DNA of 64,000 nucleotides from Candidatus Ruminimicrobiellum bubulum (GTDB lineage Bacteria; Elusimicrobiota; Endomicrobiia; Endomicrobiales; Endomicrobiaceae): NCBI GenBank assembly GCA_017651625.1, contig JAGCCP010000058.1, positions 12,585 to 76,584 of the forward strand, read 5' to 3'. Shown piece by piece: positions 57,934 to 64,000 of this stretch (position 1 is its first letter; each line of letters starts with the position of its first letter). The notes under the pieces were generated by a model. It saw only the letters and a program-made list of their open reading frames with translations, ran no database searches and was not told where the DNA came from. The position numbers and the translations under genes were made by a program.

Positions 57934-58620
57934 ATGAATACAATAGAACTTAAATTTTCAACCGTGATGCTTGAAGATGTAAAAGCCAATGAAATGGTGA
58001 ATAGTTTTATTCAGGCTGCAAATGATTATTTAGGAGCAATAGGGTATACGGAACACGGATACAGACATGTAAGTTTGGTATCTTCTGCTGCGGAAAGCAT
58101 TTTGTCTTCTTTAGGTTATCCTAAAAGATTACAGGAACTTGCCGCGATAGCCGGTTATATGCATGATATAGGTAATGTTATTAACAGACAAGATCATGGA
58201 CAATCTGCGGCATTAATGACTATGCATATATTAAAGCAGATGGGATGTACTCCGGATGAAATTTCTTTAATAGCTTCCGCTGTAGGAAATCATGAAGAAG
58301 AAATCGGAGATCCTGTAAATCCCGTAGCGGCGGCATTAATAATAGCAGATAAGTCGGACGTGCATAAAACAAGAGTAAGAAGTAAAAATATTATTGCGGC
58401 AGATATACATGACAGAGTAAATTTTGCCGTCGACAGATCTTTTTTAAAAGTAAACAAAGAAGAAAGAATAATATCATTAAATTTGAATATTGATACAAAA
58501 ATAGCTCAGGTTATTGAGTATTTTGAAATATTTATGTCCAGAATGGATATGTGCAGAAGAGCAGCAAAATTCTTGGATTGTAAGTTTGAATTAATAATAA
58601 ATGAGAGGAAATTACTTTAA
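57934..58620 (+). CDS. Stand-alone HDIG-type metal-dependent phosphohydrolase (paralog 2)
   Basis: GYTEHGYRHV...YMHDIGNVINRQDHGQSAA...VGNHEEE...IADKSD. It is collinear with paralog 1 over its full length. Confidence 0.75.
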   Translation: MNTIELKFSTVMLEDVKANEMVNSFIQAANDYLGAIGYTEHGYRHVSLVSSAAESILSSLGYPKRLQELAAIAGYMHDIGNVINRQDHGQSAALMTMHILKQMGCTPDEISLIASAVGNHEEEIGDPVNPVAAALIIADKSDVHKTRVRSKNIIAADIHDRVNFAVDRSFLKVNKEERIISLNLNIDTKIAQVIEYFEIFMSRMDMCRRAAKFLDCKFELIINERKLL

Positions 58621-60044
58621 TGAACAAACTTGGTTTCAGAACAGTAGTTACAGCGTTGTTAATCATTCTTTCAGGGTATTTTTTATTTCCTACCTTTGAA
58701 TGGTCAAGAATGAGTGACGATGAAAAAGCACAAGCAGAAAAATCAAAAGATCCTATTATCGGTAAAACGTTGAATTTAGGTCTTGATTTGAGAGGTGGTA
58801 CACATCTTTTATTGGAAGTAGATGCTTCCAAATTGGATGAGACGGTTAGTGTAAAAGATGCAGTTGACAGAGCTATAGAAGTTATCAGAAACAGAATTGA
58901 CCAGTTCGGTGTTGCGGAACCTTTAATTGCAAAACAAGGTGACAGATGGATAGTAGTTCAGCTTCCGGGTATAAAAGATCCGGCAAGAGCAAAAGAACTT
59001 ATCGGTAAAACAGCTTTGTTGGAATTTTGTTTGGTTAGCACAGATAACGATGCATTAAACAAAATTCAGGATAAAATGAGAGAAAAAGATTTAACAAAAG
59101 CCGAAGAGGCAGTAAACGATGAAGAAATAAAAGCTTTAATCCCTGAAGGTTTCTTTATTGCGGACAGTAAAGAAGACAGCAGAGTATATTTGTTGAAAGA
59201 AGCATCTCTTACCGGTGCATATCTTGTAAATGCTAAAGTTGAACTTGCTACCGGCGGATTCGGTTATCCTCATGTATCATTAGAGTTTAATAAAGATGGT
59301 GGAAAAATATTTGCAGATGTTACAGGTGCAAATATAGATAGAAACTTGGCTATCGTTCTTGATGGCGTAGTTCAGTCTGCTCCTGTTATCAGATCAAGAA
59401 TTCCGGACGGAAGAGCAATAATTGAAGGAAACTTTAATGCAGACGATGCAAAATTATTGGCTACCGTTTTAAGAGCCGGTGCATTACCTGCTCCGGTTAA
59501 AATAATAGAAGAAAGAACTGTTGGACCAAGCCTTGGTGATGATTCAATTAGAAAAGGTTTCAAATCTGCATTGATAGGTGTTGGAATCGTTCTTTTATTT
59601 ATGCTTATATATTACGGATTTTCAGGCTTGATTGCTGATATTGCTTTATTATTGAATTTCTTTATACTTATGGGAATAATGTCTTATTTCCAATTTACAT
59701 TAACATTGCCCGGTATTGCAGGTATCGCATTAACACTTGCCATGGCAGTTGATGCAAATGTGCTTATATTGGAAAGAATAAGAGAAGAATTGAATATCGG
59801 TAAGACGGCGCGAGTTGCAGTTGATGCCGGATACGACAAAGCTTTTGTTACGATTTTCGATTCTAACGTAACTACACTTATAGCTGCGGCATTCTTATTC
59901 CAATTCGGAACAGGACCTATAAAAGGTTTTGCTGTTACATTAACAATAGGTTTGTGTATCAGTATGTTTACAGCTATTGTTGTTACGAAGTTGATATACG
60001 ATTTCTTATTCAAAGAAAACTTTATAAGTAAAATAAAATTATAA
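58620..60044 (+). CDS. secD: Protein translocase subunit SecD
   Basis: LGLDLRGG, a periplasmic P1 domain, and a C-terminal 5-TM block with AVDANVLI.ERIREE. Confidence 0.95.
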   Translation: MNKLGFRTVVTALLIILSGYFLFPTFEWSRMSDDEKAQAEKSKDPIIGKTLNLGLDLRGGTHLLLEVDASKLDETVSVKDAVDRAIEVIRNRIDQFGVAEPLIAKQGDRWIVVQLPGIKDPARAKELIGKTALLEFCLVSTDNDALNKIQDKMREKDLTKAEEAVNDEEIKALIPEGFFIADSKEDSRVYLLKEASLTGAYLVNAKVELATGGFGYPHVSLEFNKDGGKIFADVTGANIDRNLAIVLDGVVQSAPVIRSRIPDGRAIIEGNFNADDAKLLATVLRAGALPAPVKIIEERTVGPSLGDDSIRKGFKSALIGVGIVLLFMLIYYGFSGLIADIALLLNFFILMGIMSYFQFTLTLPGIAGIALTLAMAVDANVLILERIREELNIGKTARVAVDAGYDKAFVTIFDSNVTTLIAAAFLFQFGTGPIKGFAVTLTIGLCISMFTAIVVTKLIYDFLFKENFISKIKL

Positions 60045-60060
60045 TAATTGGAGGCATATC

Positions 60061-60978
60061 GTGCAATTTTTTAAGACACCTAAGATAGATTTTATAGGTA
60101 AAAGATATTTAGCATTTACGATATCAATAATATTAATAATTGTTGGTATTTGTGCCATAGCAATTAAAGGACCTAACTATGGTATAGATTTCAGTGGCGG
60201 TATTTTGATGCAATTTTCATTTGATAAAGAAATTCAAATGGATACTATAAGACAAGGATTATCCGCACAGGAAGGATTGAATTTTGAGTTACAGTCAACA
60301 GGTAAGAGCGGAATAATAATAAGAGTTAAAAAAACGGATAAATCTCAAGATGAAATGGCTCAAAGTATATTATCGGTATTGCAATCAAAATATGCAGATT
60401 CACAAATAACTACCGACAGAGTAGAATATGTCGGACCTGCAGTCGGTAAACATTTAACAAAACAAGCAATGTATGCTTTCAGCTTTGTGTTTTTAGGTAT
60501 TATTGTTTATGTTGCTTTCAGATTTAAATCTGCATTGTGGGGTATTGTCGGAGTTCTTGCTTTGATTCACGATACATTTATTACTTTCGGTTTAATGGTA
60601 TTTATGGATAAACAAATAGATTTGACATTGGTTGCCGCACTTTTGACTATTGTCGGTTACTCTATCAACAACACAATCGTTGTATTCGATAGAATCAGAG
60701 AAAATCTTAGACTTATAGCAAAGGAAACTTTTGCAACAACAATAAATATAAGTATCAACGGAGTTTTGGGCAGAAGTGTTATCACATCGTTGACGGTTGC
60801 ATTTGTGTCTATAATTATTTTGTTTATGGGTGGAGAAGTTATAAGTGATTTTGGTTTAGCGTTATTTATAGGAAACATAATAGGATTTTTCTCCAGTGTG
60901 TTTGTATGCGGTCCTTTAACTTATGAGTGGGAAAAGAGAAAAAGAGACAGATTTAAAAAGAATATGGCCAGAAAATAA
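60061..60978 (+). CDS. secF: Protein translocase subunit SecF
   Basis: GTG start preceded by GGAGG. GIDFSGG, GYSINNTIVVFDRIREN. Confidence 0.95.
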   Translation: MQFFKTPKIDFIGKRYLAFTISIILIIVGICAIAIKGPNYGIDFSGGILMQFSFDKEIQMDTIRQGLSAQEGLNFELQSTGKSGIIIRVKKTDKSQDEMAQSILSVLQSKYADSQITTDRVEYVGPAVGKHLTKQAMYAFSFVFLGIIVYVAFRFKSALWGIVGVLALIHDTFITFGLMVFMDKQIDLTLVAALLTIVGYSINNTIVVFDRIRENLRLIAKETFATTINISINGVLGRSVITSLTVAFVSIIILFMGGEVISDFGLALFIGNIIGFFSSVFVCGPLTYEWEKRKRDRFKKNMARK

Positions 60979-61004
60979 ATTTTGATGCACAGTTTGAAAT
61001 AATA

Positions 61005-61070
61005 TTAGCTGAGAGGTTTTAGGTTAAAAATACTCGATATAATACCAAAAAATTTCTCAGCTAAGTTTTT
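61005..61070 (+). terminator. Long-loop hairpin with a T run after secF (possible terminator)
   Basis: Arms TTAGCTGAGAGGTTTT / AAAATTTCTCAGCTAA (two G-U pairs), a loop of about 26 nt, then GTTTTT. Confidence 0.35.
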
Positions 61071-61096
61071 ATAGAACTAAAATAAGGTTTTTCATC

Positions 61097-61672
61097 ATGA
61101 GAAAGATAAAAAATTTTAAAATTAATATAAGAACAAGAGAAATATCGAGAATCATAAGAAAACTTCTCAATATGGAAGAACTAACCATAGAAATAGAAGA
61201 AGCTGTACAAAAATCTTGTTTCGTATGTGAGAAAATAATAAAACCTGCCGTTGTTTACGATACATTTTCAAAAGAATCTATGACGTTTTCTCTTGAAATA
61301 GATCCTCCGGAAAAATGGATAGCGGTGAGTCCTTACATTTTAACGATAGGTAATGTTTTACAAGAAGAATATAATAAGAATAAAGCTCTCTTCGGAGAAT
61401 ATGGTGTTCAAATAGTTTCTGCAATTTCCGCAGATGCGTTGGAACAATCCAGAAATTTTGTTCAAAAGTTGTTAGCTTCGGAAGCAAGTGATGAAAATTG
61501 CGAACTTTCAAGAAGTGTAGATTTACCGAAGCAGTATAATTCGGAAATAATAAATTATCTTCCCGTAGATAAAATAAATTTATCTTTAACCGATGATGGA
61601 AACTTTGTTCCCGAAAGTTCTATAGCGGGAATTTACTATTGGATCCCTTTAAAAAAACGAGGCAGAAAATAA
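61097..61672 (+). CDS. Hypothetical protein, possibly a stand-alone MetH activation-domain-like (Met_synt_B12) protein
   Basis: The C-terminal pattern LSLTDDGNFVPESSIAGIYYWIP resembles the ...Lte.g.m.P..SvsGlyf.hP end of the MetH AdoMet-binding domain. This is a weak match made by eye. Confidence 0.4.
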   Translation: MRKIKNFKINIRTREISRIIRKLLNMEELTIEIEEAVQKSCFVCEKIIKPAVVYDTFSKESMTFSLEIDPPEKWIAVSPYILTIGNVLQEEYNKNKALFGEYGVQIVSAISADALEQSRNFVQKLLASEASDENCELSRSVDLPKQYNSEIINYLPVDKINLSLTDDGNFVPESSIAGIYYWIPLKKRGRK

Positions 61673-61679
61673 AAAAGTT

Positions 61680-63413
61680 ATGAAAGCAATAGCAGATGTA
61701 TTTAAAAAGATAAGGACCATTTATAGCAAAAGACAACAAATGAAATTTTGCTTTGTGTTCTTTTTAATAGTTATTTCCGGTTTTTTGGAATTGATAGGAA
61801 TATCTTTAATTCTACCGTTTATAAATGTCGTTATTAATCCGGAAATAATAATGACGAACAAATATTTAAATTTTGTTTACAACCTTTTTCATATTACTGA
61901 CACTACAAATTTTCTTATTTTTTTGGCTTTTATATTAATTGCGGTATATATATTCAAAAATTTATATATGTTGATTGTTTATTTTTTTCAATATAAAATA
62001 TTGTATAATGCACAAAAAGATATATCCTTACAACTGATAAAATTTTATGTTAACCAACCTTATGCTTACCATTTAAACATAAATACTTCCGAAATGGTAA
62101 GAATTGTAACAAATGATACAAGTAATTGTTCAAACTTTTTGACACATCTGTTTTTTTTGTTAACCGAACTTATTGTAGTATTATTGGTTATAAGTTTTCT
62201 TTTTTATATTAATAAAACAATTACGATAGTTTTGGTTATTTTATTTGTTTTTATATTTTTAATTATATTCAAAGTGTTAAAACCCAGATTAAAAAAGTTT
62301 GCTAAAAGCAATCAAAAAAATCATGGTATGATGATAAAATGGATACAACAATCTTTGGGTGCAATTAAAGATATAAAAATTTTGCAGAAGGAAAATTTCT
62401 TTGTGGATAAATATTACGATAGTTCCGTAAAATATTCTTCCGCACAGAAGCATTATCATTTTTTTGAACAATTTCCGAGACTGTTAATAGAATCTTTTGT
62501 TGTATCGGTAATTCTTCTTGTAATAATATATTTGTTGTATAGTGGAATAAATGCATCGACGATAATAGTTCAAATGGCAGTTTTTGCCATGGCGGCATTT
62601 AGATTAATGCCTTCCATGAATAGGTTACAGATTTCATTGAGTGCTTTAATATATTTTTTACCATCAATGAATGTTGTTTACAGAGATCTGAAAAACACAA
62701 GAATTGCGGGATATTTGGAAGAAGATGAAAATAAAAACTTAAGTTCAGAGAAAGATATTATAATCAATGGTATATCTTATAAATATCCCAATACGGAAAA
62801 ATATATTTTTAAAAACGTTTCTTTTGTTATACAAAAGGGAAAATCCATAGGATTTGAAGGCCCTACCGGTGCAGGCAAAACAACTTTGATAGATGTTATT
62901 TTGGGTTTACTTAATCCTACCGATGGTACAATTACGATAGATGGTGCAAATATTCATAAAAATAAAAAAAGTTGGTTTTCAAAAGTAGGATATGTACCTC
63001 AGTTTATATATCTTACCGATGATACAATAAGAAACAATATTTTGTTTTATGATGATGAAAATGTTGATGAAGAAATACTTAGAAACGTTGTAGAACAGGC
63101 ACAGTTAAAAGAATTTATAGATTCTTTGCCAGAAGGGTTAGATACAATAGTAGGTGAAAGAGGAATAAGATTGTCCGGAGGGCAAAGACAAAGAATAGGT
63201 ATAGCAAGAGCTTTGTACAAAAAACCGGAAATATTGGTGTTGGATGAGGCTACATCAGCGTTGGATAATGAAACGGAAAAATCTGTTATGCAGGCTATAG
63301 AACATTTATATGGAAAAATTACAATGTTGGTTATAGCTCACAGATTAACAACAATCGAAAAATGTGATGAAATTTATAAAATAGATAAAGAAAAAATAAT
63401 TAAAATTAAATAG
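61680..63413 (+). CDS. ABC exporter, fused permease and ATPase (MsbA/PglK-like half transporter)
   Basis: Six-TM N-terminal domain. Walker A GPTGAGKTT, signature LSGGQRQR, Walker B ILVLDEATSALD, H-loop IAHRL. Confidence 0.9.
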   Translation: MKAIADVFKKIRTIYSKRQQMKFCFVFFLIVISGFLELIGISLILPFINVVINPEIIMTNKYLNFVYNLFHITDTTNFLIFLAFILIAVYIFKNLYMLIVYFFQYKILYNAQKDISLQLIKFYVNQPYAYHLNINTSEMVRIVTNDTSNCSNFLTHLFFLLTELIVVLLVISFLFYINKTITIVLVILFVFIFLIIFKVLKPRLKKFAKSNQKNHGMMIKWIQQSLGAIKDIKILQKENFFVDKYYDSSVKYSSAQKHYHFFEQFPRLLIESFVVSVILLVIIYLLYSGINASTIIVQMAVFAMAAFRLMPSMNRLQISLSALIYFLPSMNVVYRDLKNTRIAGYLEEDENKNLSSEKDIIINGISYKYPNTEKYIFKNVSFVIQKGKSIGFEGPTGAGKTTLIDVILGLLNPTDGTITIDGANIHKNKKSWFSKVGYVPQFIYLTDDTIRNNILFYDDENVDEEILRNVVEQAQLKEFIDSLPEGLDTIVGERGIRLSGGQRQRIGIARALYKKPEILVLDEATSALDNETEKSVMQAIEHLYGKITMLVIAHRLTTIEKCDEIYKIDKEKIIKIK

Positions 63414-63467
63414 TATTATTATTTATTCATCATAACTTCAATCTTAATTTAGTCTGGAAAAAGCAGT

Positions 63468-64000
63468 ATGATACCTAAAAAAATTCATTATTGTTGGTTC
63501 GGAACCAAACCTTTACCGAAAATTGCAAAAAAATGTATTGCAAGTTGGAAGAAGTATTGCCCCGATTATGAAATAATTGAGTGGAATGAAACCAATTTCG
63601 ATGTTAATTGTTGTAATTACACAAAAGAAGCATATCGAGCAAAAAAATATGCATTTGTATCGGATATTGCCAGATTAAAAGCATTGATCAATTATGGTGG
63701 AATCTATATGGATATCGATCAGGAAATATTAAAACCTATAGATTCTTTTTTAAAGTATGAGGCATTTTGCGGTTTTACGACAGATAAAGATATAGGTTTA
63801 GGTATTTTAGGATGCGAAAAAGATTTGGATGTATTTAAAGAATATTTGGCTCAATACGACGATATACATTTTATAAAGAAAAATGGTAAGCCGGATTTAA
63901 CAATTATCAATGATAGATTCGAACAATTCTGTAAAAAATACGGCTTTATCGTTAATAATACTCTTCAAACCGTAAGGGGAATAACCTTTTTTCCATCGGA
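63468..64000 (+). CDS. Glycosyltransferase with a DXD sugar-binding region (GT32-like), truncated at the 3' end by the window edge
   Basis: Not in the ORF track because no stop is reached. I translated it by hand from ATG 63468: MIPKKIHYCWFG.KPLP......SWKKYCPDYEIIEWNE...YAFVSDIARLKALINYGGIYMDID. No in-frame stop occurs up to 64000. Confidence 0.8.
   Translation, partial: MIPKKIHYCWFGTKPLPKIAKKCIASWKKYCPDYEIIEWNETNFDVNCCNYTKEAYRAKKYAFVSDIARLKALINYGGIYMDIDQEILKPIDSFLKYEAFCGFTTDKDIGLGILGCEKDLDVFKEYLAQYDDIHFIKKNGKPDLTIINDRFEQFCKKYGFIVNNTLQTVRGITFFPS

Overview
This is an AT-rich chromosomal segment, roughly 30% GC by eye. The gene content (LptF/LptG, a TolC-RND efflux system, an O-antigen-type glycan cluster, many Fe-S flavoproteins) suggests a diderm, LPS-making, probably anaerobic bacterium; I cannot assign a taxon from sequence alone.

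Most of the window is recognisable housekeeping:
- DNA and envelope functions: ybaB, lptFG, uvrB.
- tRNA and rRNA modification and cofactor synthesis: tilS, nadC, rsmE, mtaB, tgt.
- Glycolysis and secretion: gap-pgk-secG, yajC-secDF.
- Four tRNAs: Gln, Thr, Leu, Gly.
- A TetR-regulated TolC/MFP/RND efflux operon.
- A MerR-associated Fe-S/flavin redox cluster.
- A two-component operon (kinase, triple-receiver protein, kinase).
- A glycan cluster of about 14.6 kb encoding a CDP-3,6-dideoxyhexose pathway plus a TPP-dependent enzyme.

The standout is one uninterrupted gene of about 9.46 kb (1214-10672, about 3,152 aa). It has a textbook Sec signal peptide. Read by eye, its centre contains a Pol-beta nucleotidyltransferase motif followed by a complete but catalytically degenerate long RelA/SpoT core (pseudo-HD, synthetase-like, TGS, ACT-like). 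This core is flanked by a Tiki/TraB/ChaN-like N-terminal domain and a DUF218-like C-terminal domain. I know of no described protein with this architecture.

No CRISPR array, transposase, integrase, prophage or rRNA gene was seen. All domain calls are motif-level alignments done by eye and need profile searches to confirm.
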